Source of the DNA: a bacterium
GTDB lineage: Bacteria > UBA8248
Assembly: GCA_965203325.1 (NCBI GenBank)
Contig: OZ241875.1
Coordinates: forward strand, 896,001-960,000
DNA: 64,000 nt
Direction: 5' to 3'
Shown: one piece after another, positions 47,842 to 56,369 of the stretch
How positions within the stretch are numbered: position 1 is the stretch's first letter
Layout of the letters: each line of letters starts with the position of its first letter
The notes under the pieces: model-generated
What the model saw: only the letters and a program-made list of their open reading frames with translations
Databases searched by the model: none
What the model was told of the DNA's origin: nothing
Position numbers and translations under genes: made by a program

Positions 47842-48921
47842 CTACGCGCCCGATTTCTCGATGTGCGCGCAGAGATAATCGCCCACTTCCCGGGTGTTCA
47901 GCGAACCGCCCAGGTCGGCCGTGGTCTTTTTCTCGCGGACGGCGGAGCGTATCGCCTCCCAAATCAGGTCCGCCGCCTTTTCCATGCCCAGCGTGCTCAG
48001 CAGGATTCTTCCCGTAAGACACACCGCGAAGGGGTTCGCGATTCCCTTAAGCGCGATGTCGGGCGCCGTGCCGTGGACGGGCTCGAACATGCAAACGCGC
48101 CCTGGGTGGATACAGCCCGACGCCGCCAGACCCACGCCTCCGACCAGCCCTGCGCAAAGATCGCTCAGGATGTCGCCGAACATGTTGTTGGTGACGATGA
48201 CGCCGAAATCCTCCGGCTTGAACAGGAGGTCCTGACAAAGGGTGTCGATGAAGTAGTGCTCTCCCTCCACGTCGGGGAATTCCTCGGACGTCTGCCAGAA
48301 TACGCGCTGCCACAAGCCGTGCGCGTGGATGATGGAGCCGTGCTTGTCCGCCATGGTCACCTTCGGGTAGCCGTGTTTACGCGCGTACTCGAAGGCGTAG
48401 CGGCAGATGCGCGAGACGCCCTTATAGGTGTTGACGTCCTCCTGGATGGCGACCTCATCCGGCGTCCCCTTCTTGAAGTTGCCGCCCACGCGCACGTTCA
48501 ACCCTTCGGTGTTCTCGCGCACGACGACGAGGTCGATTTCGGCATCTCTTTTCAGGGGAGAAAAATCCGGATGCAGCAGCGGCGCCGGCCGCAGGTTCAC
48601 GTACAGGTCGAGTTCGAAGCGGAGCGCGCGCAGGAGGTCGCGGCAGTTCACGTCTTCGGGGATTCTGGGGTCGAGGCCCGCGCTTCCGAACAGGATGGCG
48701 TCGTGTTTTTCCGCCAGGCCGCGCACCAGGCCGTTCACGTCCTCGGGCAGCGGGGTTCCGTGTTCGAGATAGTGGAGCGCACCGTAATCATAGATTTCCG
48801 GCTCGACATCCACCCCCTCGGCGCCCGCCGCCGCCCGGATCACCTCCGTCGCCACGGGCAGCACGTCGTGGCCCACGCCGTCGCCCAGGATGACGGCCAG
48901 GGAAACCGTTTTTCCGCTCAT
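47842..48921 (-). CDS. isocitrate/isopropylmalate/tartrate dehydrogenase family protein
   Basis: GDGVG, NLRP, VRENTEG, NMFGDILSD, FEPVHGTAPDIA. Confidence 0.9.
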   Translation of the reverse strand: MSGKTVSLAVILGDGVGHDVLPVATEVIRAAAGAEGVDVEPEIYDYGALHYLEHGTPLPEDVNGLVRGLAEKHDAILFGSAGLDPRIPEDVNCRDLLRALRFELDLYVNLRPAPLLHPDFSPLKRDAEIDLVVVRENTEGLNVRVGGNFKKGTPDEVAIQEDVNTYKGVSRICRYAFEYARKHGYPKVTMADKHGSIIHAHGLWQRVFWQTSEEFPDVEGEHYFIDTLCQDLLFKPEDFGVIVTNNMFGDILSDLCAGLVGGVGLAASGCIHPGRVCMFEPVHGTAPDIALKGIANPFAVCLTGRILLSTLGMEKAADLIWEAIRSAVREKKTTADLGGSLNTREVGDYLCAHIEKSGA

Positions 48922-48934
48922 GGGATTCCCCCGC

Positions 48935-50110
48935 CTAGAGGTGCTTGATGACCTTGATGCGCTGCACCGCGTCGCCCGCGAGGTGCGTCCAGACAATCGC
49001 GTCGCGCACGAGTTTTTCCACGCCCACGTCCTTCATGACGCCCGCGCCACCGTGGATGTCCATGCAGAGGTGGGTGACGCGCTGGATGACGTCCGTCGCG
49101 AAGTTCATGAGCAGGATGGTGTGCTTCATGTCGCGGTCCGCACCCTTTTCCAGGTCGCACGCGGTGCGCATGACGTAAGCGCGAAGCGCCTCGGTGAGCA
49201 TGTGCATCTCGGAGAGTTTGAGCTGAATGGCCTGGTGCTCGATGATATATTTGCCGCCCTGCCAGCGCGTCCTGGCCTGGTGCATCGCCATGTCGACCGC
49301 CGCCTGGCACACGCCCAGCCCGTTGGCGGAGAGCTCGAGGTCGCCGAATTCCGACGTATCGCCCTTTCGCGCCTGAACGCCGCGGTTCACCTCGCCCACC
49401 ACGTTGGCGTGCGGCACGCGGGCGTCCTCGAAGATGAGTTCCGCGTTCTGGTAAAAGCGCCAGCCGATCTTGTCGTACACCTTTCCCACGCGGAATCCCG
49501 GCGTATCCGAAGGTACGAGGAAGAGCGTGGTGCCCTGCGTGATGGGAACGTCGGGGTCGGTCCTGCCGTCGATGAAGAAGAGCTTGCCCACGCTCCCGTT
49601 GGCGATGTAGCGCTTCCGCCCGTTCAGCACCCACTCGTCGCCCTCGCGCACCGCCTGGAGCTTCCAGCCCGTCCGGGGATCGTCCGAGGGCATCCGGTTG
49701 TCAGAACCCGCCGATTCCTCGGTTCCGCCTTTGCCAAGCAGATAGGTATCGTCCTCAAGGAAGGGCTTCAGGAACCTGTCTTTTTGATCGTCCGTGCAGG
49801 AGGCGGCGATGAGGTGGCTCCACTTCCAGCACTGGCTGAAGGTTTTGGATATCGCGCTGTCGCCGCGCGCGATCTCTTCCATCACCAGCGCCTGGGTGAC
49901 GAAATCGATCCCGTGGCCCCCGCGTTCCTTCGGCACAACGGCGGTGCGGAAACCGAGTTTGGAGCCTTTCTTGATGATCTCCCAATCAAACGTCTCCCTC
50001 GGGTCGGATATCATGTCCCGCTCGAGCGATATGGGCGCGACCTCCTCGATCGCGAATTTCCTCGCCTTATCGCGCCACGCTGTCTGTTCCTCGTTCAAAT
50101 CGAAATCCAT
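48935..50110 (-). CDS. acyl-CoA dehydrogenase family protein
   Basis: TE..AGSD, LNGRKRYI.NG, K.GWR, R.Q.G, IHGGAG. Confidence 0.9.
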   Translation of the reverse strand: MDFDLNEEQTAWRDKARKFAIEEVAPISLERDMISDPRETFDWEIIKKGSKLGFRTAVVPKERGGHGIDFVTQALVMEEIARGDSAISKTFSQCWKWSHLIAASCTDDQKDRFLKPFLEDDTYLLGKGGTEESAGSDNRMPSDDPRTGWKLQAVREGDEWVLNGRKRYIANGSVGKLFFIDGRTDPDVPITQGTTLFLVPSDTPGFRVGKVYDKIGWRFYQNAELIFEDARVPHANVVGEVNRGVQARKGDTSEFGDLELSANGLGVCQAAVDMAMHQARTRWQGGKYIIEHQAIQLKLSEMHMLTEALRAYVMRTACDLEKGADRDMKHTILLMNFATDVIQRVTHLCMDIHGGAGVMKDVGVEKLVRDAIVWTHLAGDAVQRIKVIKHL

Positions 50111-50188
50111 AAAAATTCGCCCTCATCGGTGAAAGGAGGCCGGACTCTAGGACAAGTCAGGCCACAATATATTGAAACTATCGAAAAG

Positions 50189-51331
50189 CTAGACGGTGAC
50201 CCCCTGGCTCAGGGGCAAGAACGCCTCATCTCCTTCGCGCACGAGGTCGAGTTCCCGCTCCATCTCGCGCACGAGCGGAATAACGTGTTTTCCGACGTTC
50301 ATGCATTCCTCATGCAGGGGGAAGCCCGAGAGGATGAGCAAGTCGATGCCCGCCTGTTCGATCTCGATGATCTTCCGCGCGCACTGTTCATACGAACCCA
50401 CAATGGCGACGGCGGAGCCCGAGCGAATCCGGCCCATGCCCGCCCAGAGGTTGGGGCCCACCATCTCCTCGCGCGTGCGGGCCTGCTGATCCTTCGTGCC
50501 CTTGCTCTCGAACGAGGAGATGACCTTTCCGCGATGCGCCAGCACCTCGGGGTCGACCCGGCTCATCACCTCCTCGGCCGCCTCGAAGGCTTCCTCTTCC
50601 GTCTCGCGCGCGAATATCTGGAAGCGCGTCACGTACTTGAGCGGGCGCACCCGCCCCGCGCGCTCGCATTTCTCGTTCATGTAATCGACGCGCCCGGCCA
50701 CCTGCCCGGGCGTCTCTCCCCAGAAGACCGAATACTCCGCCCGGCGGATCGCGATATCCTGCGCGACTTCTGAAGCCCCGGCCATGAAGAAGGGAATCCT
50801 CGGCCTCTGCACCGGCCGGGGATACACGGTGGCGTCTTTCAATTTGTAGAACCTGCCTTCGAAGGAGTATTTCTCCTGCGTCCAGAGGCCCTCCAGGATT
50901 TCCAGAAATTCATCCGTGCGCTCATAGCGCGTATCGTGATCCAGCGTCTCGCCGTAGCTCGCAAGCGCGCCGCCGCCCGTCACGATGTTGTAGAGAATGC
51001 GCCCGCCCGTGAGTTCGTCGAGCGAGGCCATCATCCGCGCGCAGATGGCCGGGTCGATGATGCCCACCCGCACGGCGAGCAGCAGCTTTATCGTCCTGGT
51101 CGCCGGGCCGACCACCGCGGCGTTCACCATGCTGTCCCACGTCGGGGCCTGCGGCCCGTAGTGACCGCTCACCTGGGAGGTGGGCACCAGGATGGTGGTG
51201 AAGCCGCTGCGCTCCGCGTTTTGCGCGATGCGGGTGAAGGTCTCATAGCTGGGGGGATGATCGGCGAATTTCCGGCCGATGTAGGCGCTGTCGCCGTCGC
51301 AGGACATGTACCATGCAAGCTCTATGGCCAT
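50189..51331 (-). CDS. LLM-class flavin-dependent monooxygenase (SsuD-like)
   Basis: AE.SGF..ILVP, LLAVR, NIVTG, RYERT.EF, AGAS, PNLWAG, A.VGS, ILSG.P. Confidence 0.9.
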   Translation of the reverse strand: MAIELAWYMSCDGDSAYIGRKFADHPPSYETFTRIAQNAERSGFTTILVPTSQVSGHYGPQAPTWDSMVNAAVVGPATRTIKLLLAVRVGIIDPAICARMMASLDELTGGRILYNIVTGGGALASYGETLDHDTRYERTDEFLEILEGLWTQEKYSFEGRFYKLKDATVYPRPVQRPRIPFFMAGASEVAQDIAIRRAEYSVFWGETPGQVAGRVDYMNEKCERAGRVRPLKYVTRFQIFARETEEEAFEAAEEVMSRVDPEVLAHRGKVISSFESKGTKDQQARTREEMVGPNLWAGMGRIRSGSAVAIVGSYEQCARKIIEIEQAGIDLLILSGFPLHEECMNVGKHVIPLVREMERELDLVREGDEAFLPLSQGVTV

Positions 51332-51424
51332 GAGGCTCTCCCCGGGTGGATGAACTGTCCTTAATGGAGGAGCCAGTATATATCCTGAAAAGCGCTTTCG
51401 TCACATGAGATCGGCGATTCGCGC
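51205..51424. repeat. 220-bp imperfect direct repeat, copy 1 (upstream region and first 42 codons of the LLM gene)
   Basis: Aligns with 52031-52250 at offset 826. Confidence 0.95.
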
Positions 51425-51561
51425 ACGGGCGCGGCAACGGCGGTCTAGAGACAGGCTTCTTTGAGGTGTTTGGGGCAGGTTCGTTCGACAAACTCAGGAC
51501 AGGTTCTCGATACGGCACGCCGTCATCTTCTTGCGCCTCGGCGGGAGATGCAGCTGTACAG

Positions 51562-51795
51562 TTATCCCGATGTTCCCGTCGCCGCCACTTCCACGGTGTC
51601 GGCGGTCGCTTGAGGCCGTGGCGCAGATTCCCCATGCTCGCACAGGCTTTCGAGATGAAGTTCGATGGCTTCGCGGATTTCCGCCAAGGTCTCTTCCCGG
51701 GTGCGGCCAGTCGCGACGCAACCCGGTAGGTCGGGAACATAGGCGGCGTAGTTGTCGGGCGATTTCTCGATAACGACCGTGTATTTCATGCTCAT
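51562..51795 (-). CDS. hicB: HicB antitoxin
   Basis: Y.VVIEK....Y.AYVPDLPGC.A.G.T.EE....I.EAI..HL. Confidence 0.9.
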   Translation of the reverse strand: MSMKYTVVIEKSPDNYAAYVPDLPGCVATGRTREETLAEIREAIELHLESLCEHGESAPRPQATADTVEVAATGTSG

Positions 51796-51989
51796 GATCG
51801 CTCCTCCACTTGGGATTGCTTCAAGATGCTGTTCCATGTTCCCGGCGGTAGATCGTCTCCCGGTTTGCCTGCTATGGTCACCGTACCCGGTTTCACCGGA
51901 TGCCGGTACTGCCGGTGACTTCCCTTGGTGCGAACGAGCCGCCATCCGTCTTCCTCAATCAAGCGTATCGCATCTCTGACCTTCGGCAT
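51792..51989 (-). CDS. hicA: HicA toxin
   Basis: DGW...R.KGSH.QY.HP.K.G.VT, L..GT..SILKQ. Confidence 0.9.
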   Translation of the reverse strand: MPKVRDAIRLIEEDGWRLVRTKGSHRQYRHPVKPGTVTIAGKPGDDLPPGTWNSILKQSQVEERS

Positions 51990-52001
51990 GACCTACTCGT
52001 C

Positions 52002-52157
52002 TCAAGCTTCATGAACAACCCTCGTCCGCTCGCTGCGCTCCGCGTTTTGCGCGATGCGGGTGAACGTCTCATAGCTCGGGGGATGCTCGGCGAATCTCCG
52101 GCCGATGTAGGCGCTGTCGCCGTCGCAGGACATGTACCATGCAAGCTCTATGGCCAT
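52002..52157 (-). pseudogene. truncated 5' copy of the LLM monooxygenase gene (overlaps repeat copy 2, 52031-52250)
   Basis: MAIELAWYMSCDGDSAYIGRRFAEHPPSYETFTRIAQNAERS, then unrelated ERTRVVHEA*. Confidence 0.85.
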
Positions 52158-52257
52158 GAGGCTATCTCCGAGTGCAGTTCGTTTCCGTGATGGAGGAGCC
52201 AGTATATATCCTGAAAAGCGCTTTCGTCACATGAGATCGGCGATTCGCGCGCGGACT

Positions 52258-53118
52258 TCACTCCTCCAGAAACGCGCTTATCTGCCGTCGGTAGTCGGCG
52301 TCGTTCATGTATTTCTTCATGAAATCGCCTGCGGGGACGTTTTCGAGGTCTTCGGGTTGCACACCTTCTTTGAGCGCCTTCAGCGTGGAATAGGCCGCCC
52401 GGGCCGCCGCCATGATAGGCTGATGGCCCTGGAGTGCGACGCGCACGCCCTGACTCGCTAGATAATCCAGCCCCCGCACCTCCTTCGCACTCCCGCCCAG
52501 GATGATGGGGAGACTCACCGCAGCCGAGATGGCCTCCAGCTGTTCGCGGCTCTGGACGCCCACCACGAAGATGGCGTCCACACCCGCCGCCTCATAGGCC
52601 GTCACGCGCGCGACGGCGTCCTCCGTACCCGTGACGCGGGGCGCGCTCGTCCGGCCTGCTATCACCAGATTCGGGTCCTGGCGTCCCTCTAGCGCCGCGC
52701 GCATCTTGCCGGCGCCCTCTTCAATCGAGGTGAGCTGCGCGCCATCCGCGCCGAATGGCTGGGGCAGCACCGTGTCCTCTATCGAGAGGCCCGCCACGCC
52801 GGCGGTTTCGAGTTCCTCGACGGTGCGCTTCACGTTCAGCGCGTTGCCGTAGCCGTGATCCGCATCCACCAGCAGAGGCATCCCGGTCGCGCGGTTGATG
52901 CGCAGCGCCTGCGCCGCGAATTCCGTGAGTGTCAACAGGATGATGTCCGGCGCGCCCAGCACGGTGAGCGAGGCGGTGGAACCTGCGAACATCCCGACCT
53001 CGAAGCCCAGGTCCTCCGCCATGCGCGCGGTGAGTGGGTCGTAGACCGAACCGGGATGCACGCACCTCTCGCCCGAGAGCAGGGCGCGGAATCTCTCTCG
53101 TCTCGGCGTCCAGTTCAT
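52258..53118 (-). CDS. isocitrate lyase / PEP mutase family protein (oxaloacetate decarboxylase-like)
   Basis: DP..AR.A..LGF, LGAPD, VDADHGYGNALNV, IED, GRT. Confidence 0.85.
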   Translation of the reverse strand: MNWTPRRERFRALLSGERCVHPGSVYDPLTARMAEDLGFEVGMFAGSTASLTVLGAPDIILLTLTEFAAQALRINRATGMPLLVDADHGYGNALNVKRTVEELETAGVAGLSIEDTVLPQPFGADGAQLTSIEEGAGKMRAALEGRQDPNLVIAGRTSAPRVTGTEDAVARVTAYEAAGVDAIFVVGVQSREQLEAISAAVSLPIILGGSAKEVRGLDYLASQGVRVALQGHQPIMAAARAAYSTLKALKEGVQPEDLENVPAGDFMKKYMNDADYRRQISAFLEE

Positions 53119-53507
53119 ATGACTTCCCGCCCGCCGTCCGAGTAGGTCACCTTCATCGTGACCATGCCTTCGTTCAGCAGCCAGGGGCGTATGGTGAACG
53201 TGCGTGCGCCGCTCGCGTGCATGGGGTCCGATTCGGCGATCTTCCGCGCCTCCGCGATGGATTCTGCCCGGATGATGATCATCCCCTCCCCCTCCCAGCG
53301 CTGCTCGTCTTCCGTCCAGAAAGGCCCCGCGCCGAACATGATCCCCTTCTGTTCGAGTTCGACCTGAAATTTCAGGTGATCTTCGAGATTCTCCATCACG
53401 GGTCCCAGGCCGTTCGCGGGTTTTGTGAAGTAGACGTACATCTGTTTTTGCAGACAGCCCGCGCTTGCGTTCAGGACGTCCTGCGCACTGATTTGCGGCT
53501 CGCTCAT
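53115..53507 (-). CDS. YciI family protein
   Basis: L.DHL, GAGP, G.GM.IIRA.S..EA..IA.SDPMH..G.R.....PW. Confidence 0.8.
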   Translation of the reverse strand: MSEPQISAQDVLNASAGCLQKQMYVYFTKPANGLGPVMENLEDHLKFQVELEQKGIMFGAGPFWTEDEQRWEGEGMIIIRAESIAEARKIAESDPMHASGARTFTIRPWLLNEGMVTMKVTYSDGGREVI

Positions 53508-53684
53508 GGTTCGCTCCTGTATGAGAGATGATGATGTGAAATCAAGAGGGGCCACTATAGCATTTTTCAACGCGCCGACCAGCGGCCCGGGGCATATTCG
53601 CCGGCGCGTCGAGATAGACTCCGGTTACGTGGAGAATCCCGTCCGCCCGATAACCCTTCAGCCGCAAGATTGCGCTGTGCGCCG

Positions 53685-54542
53685 CTAGCCGAGCACCAGC
53701 ATCACCATCCCCAGGAGGATCAGACAGGCCCAACCCATGCGCCTGCGCAACTCGCCCTCGCCCAGCAGGATCGACCCCATCGCCACCGTGATAAGCACGC
53801 TGACCTCCCGCGCGGGCGCGACGTACACGATCGGCGTGAAGACGAGCGCCGTCAGCACCAGCATATACGCAAGCGGGGTGAACACGGCGATCCCGAGCAC
53901 GGCGAGCTTGTGTTCGCGCCAATGCTTCACGACGAGCTTCTTGCGCGTGAAGGCGTAGGGCATCAGGAACGTGGCGCGCGCGAAGTTCGACGCGTAATCG
54001 AGCAGCAACGGCGGGATGGCGAGCGCGCTGACCGCATAGGCGTCCCAGACCGTGTAGCTGCCGATGAGCACGCCGGTGGAAACCCCGAACAACAGCGAAC
54101 TCGTGCGCCGCGCGGAAGACCAGTCGAAGCCGCCCGTCAGGAACACGATGCCGACGATGATCGCCAGGCCGCCGACGGCGATCTGGACGGTCAGATTCTC
54201 GCCCAGGACGGAGACGGCGAACAGGGTCGAGAGGAACGGCCCGGTAGCCCGCGCAACCGGGTAGACCAGGGACAAATCGCCCCGGCGGTAGCCCTGCTGG
54301 AGAAGCAGGAAATAGGCCATGTGCAGTGCGGCGCTGCCGACGTAGAACCCGATCTCGCGCCACCCCATGAGGGGGCGCTCCATCAGATAAACAACCACGA
54401 CGACCGGCAGGTAGATCAGGACCGAGAAAACGGAAAACAGCCAGACGAGTTCCGGCCCGCCGTTGATGCGCTTGACCAGCAGGTTCCAGGTGGCGTGACA
54501 AAAAGCGGCGGTCAGCACCAGCGAGAGGGCAAGGAATGTCAT
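53685..54542 (-). CDS. EamA/DMT family transporter
   Basis: About 10 TM; HATWN, Y..GDLS.VYP.AR, VAPARE.SV. Confidence 0.9.
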   Translation of the reverse strand: MTFLALSLVLTAAFCHATWNLLVKRINGGPELVWLFSVFSVLIYLPVVVVVYLMERPLMGWREIGFYVGSAALHMAYFLLLQQGYRRGDLSLVYPVARATGPFLSTLFAVSVLGENLTVQIAVGGLAIIVGIVFLTGGFDWSSARRTSSLLFGVSTGVLIGSYTVWDAYAVSALAIPPLLLDYASNFARATFLMPYAFTRKKLVVKHWREHKLAVLGIAVFTPLAYMLVLTALVFTPIVYVAPAREVSVLITVAMGSILLGEGELRRRMGWACLILLGMVMLVLG

Positions 54543-54600
54543 GGAGACACTTTACGGTCTGGAGAGCGGACGCGCCAGACGCATCCACCTGAAACGCGCT

Positions 54601-54750
54601 TCAGGCCAGTGCCCTGTGAATCGTTTCGATGCTGATGAACATTCTCAGCGGTCGCGTCGGCAAGGGCTGAAATCCCATGGCGGCGTAGAACGCGCGGCGT
54701 TTTTTCGAGTTGATCGGTTCTATGGATATGCTTTGTGGAACTGATATGTC
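54601..54750 (-). pseudogene. remnant of a GNAT toxin (TacT/AtaT-like)
   Basis: IEPINSKK joined directly to AFYAAMGFQPLP..PLRMFI, which resembles a GNAT-toxin C-terminus; the core domain is missing. Confidence 0.55.
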
Positions 54751-54751
54751 C

Positions 54752-54976
54752 TCAGCTGTCACGCGCCACCCGCGCTTCGTGCAGGGCCATCGCCTCGCGC
54801 AAGGCTTCGGTCGGCTCTTGGGGCGCATCGAGGGCGGCGAGAACCACGGCGCGGTCATCAGCCCTGAGGAGCGTGCGCTCATGATCGGCAATCGTGAGCC
54901 GGGCGCGCTCTAAAGCTGTGCCGGTCATGAAAGTCGCCTCGTCGATGGCGTCGTTATGGTTAGGGAAATTCTGCAT
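54752..54976 (-). pseudogene. DUF1778/TacA-like antitoxin lacking the N-terminal RHH region
   Basis: FM..TALERA...I.DHE...L...D......ALD.P.EP.EALR.A resembles the DUF1778 C-terminal half. Confidence 0.6.
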
Positions 54977-55102
54977 GGTCTCGCCTCCTTGGTCTTCCTG
55001 TAATGTACGGCATATTGCCGGATACTGTAAGTCTTGAATTATTCCAGCGGCAGAGTAAAGAGAGAGTGAGGAGCGAAAATGGCGAATGCGAGTTTGGGAA
55101 TT

Positions 55103-55284
55103 ACTCCCCCTTGAGGGGGCTGTGTAGGTCGGACATATATGTCCGACGTATACGCGACCCTGCCTTTTCGCCTTCCAACGACGGGCCGCATATATGCGGC
55201 CCCTACAATCAATTCCACCCGGTGAGGGAGGGATTGCCGGAATGACGAACGAAGTCGTAGGGACAGGTCGCGACCTGTCCCTAC
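55103..55284. repeat. REP cluster (type-3 end fragment, GTAG doublet 55124-55206, GTAG REP 55257-55284)
   Basis: actcccccttgagggg; gtaggtcggacatatatgtccgac...gggccgcatatatgcggccctac; gtagggacaggtcgcgacctgtccctac. Confidence 0.8.
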
Positions 55285-55347
55285 TACAAAACCAAGTACC
55301 TATCCTGTACTGTGGGATTTGCTCCCGAGCACAGGGATATTCACTTC

Positions 55348-55845
55348 TTAAATCCGTGAACCCGCATCCTCCTCCCGCCGCACCGTGCCGCCCACGGCGA
55401 TGGCCGCGCTCAAGAGGATGAGGTTCTTGATGATGTATTGCCCCTCCAGCGTCGGCGCGAAGGGGATCTGCGTGAAGCAGACCTCGGGCAGCAGGAACAG
55501 CGGCAGAACCGTCCCCGGCATCTGAAGGAAGAGCAGAAAGAGCGCGACGCGGATGAGCGGGCGGAAGAGCAACCCCACCCCTATCGCCACCTCCCACCAG
55601 CCGAGCAGGGGGATGAAGAAATCGGGCGGAAGCCAGTAGACCGTGCGGCGCACGAGTTCGGCCGCGGCGCTCAGCCCCAAGGGCTTCAGGATACCGAACC
55701 AGATGAAGACGACGGCGAGCGAGATTCGCAGGAACAGCCGCCCGTAGCGGTTCATCCAGCCCGAGATGTGGCGATCGATTTCGTTGATGTATGCGATCAA
55801 GGGAACTCCGTCCCGGCGGCGGGCTTTGGAGCGCAACTGCTTCAT
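55348..55845 (-). CDS. DoxX/DUF417-like membrane protein
   Basis: LRISL..VFIWFG.LK, E..IG..L, EGQYIIKN. Confidence 0.75.
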   Translation of the reverse strand: MKQLRSKARRRDGVPLIAYINEIDRHISGWMNRYGRLFLRISLAVVFIWFGILKPLGLSAAAELVRRTVYWLPPDFFIPLLGWWEVAIGVGLLFRPLIRVALFLLFLQMPGTVLPLFLLPEVCFTQIPFAPTLEGQYIIKNLILLSAAIAVGGTVRREEDAGSRI

Positions 55846-55916
55846 CGAATATAGCCGCTTATCGCTCGCGGGGAAATGGACGTAAGTCTCGAAATCTTCC
55901 GGGCGAGACGTTTTGC

Positions 55917-56184
55917 GATTGTTGAAAAAGCCTCGTCGGGGGATAAAGGCAACCCCCCCTACCCCCCCTTGTCAGGGGTCAAACGCGAGTGATGAACGAG
56001 CGTTTGCATAAGCCATTGACGAGAAACACATCGTCTTGCAAAACCTCCCTCTTCGGTCGGTTTTGACCCCTGACAAGGGGGGGTAGGGAGGGTTGGTTTT
56101 CATGCAGTTGAGAGTGCATCCTTCGATACGCGGCTCCGCCGCTACTCAGGATGAGAGAGACGTGAGGCCTTTTTCAACAATCCC
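55917..56184. mobile_element. MITE-like shell with type-1 hairpin (55950-56095) and a further REP-like motif near 56120-56155
   Basis: Ends gattgttgaaaaag / ctttttcaacaatccc; conserved ~85-nt core. Confidence 0.75.
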
Positions 56185-56369
56185 GCTTCTCCCCTCCCCT
56201 TCACCAAACTCCCGGAGAGAGAAAACGCAAAAGCCATCAATTCCGCAAATTGAAAAACGCGCGGCGTTCGCGCATAATTTCCTCACATTCTACTCATGCG
56301 GAAACGCGGAAAGAGCGGGCGGCCCCGTCTCGGGAGCCGCGGCCTCATTCTCAAACTCAGGAGGTAAGT

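Noticed and set aside
48890..50773. 627-aa plus-strand ORF (likewise 45797-47305, 33668-34963, 38997-40214)
   Set aside because: Antisense shadows of well-supported minus-strand genes, common in GC-rich DNA.
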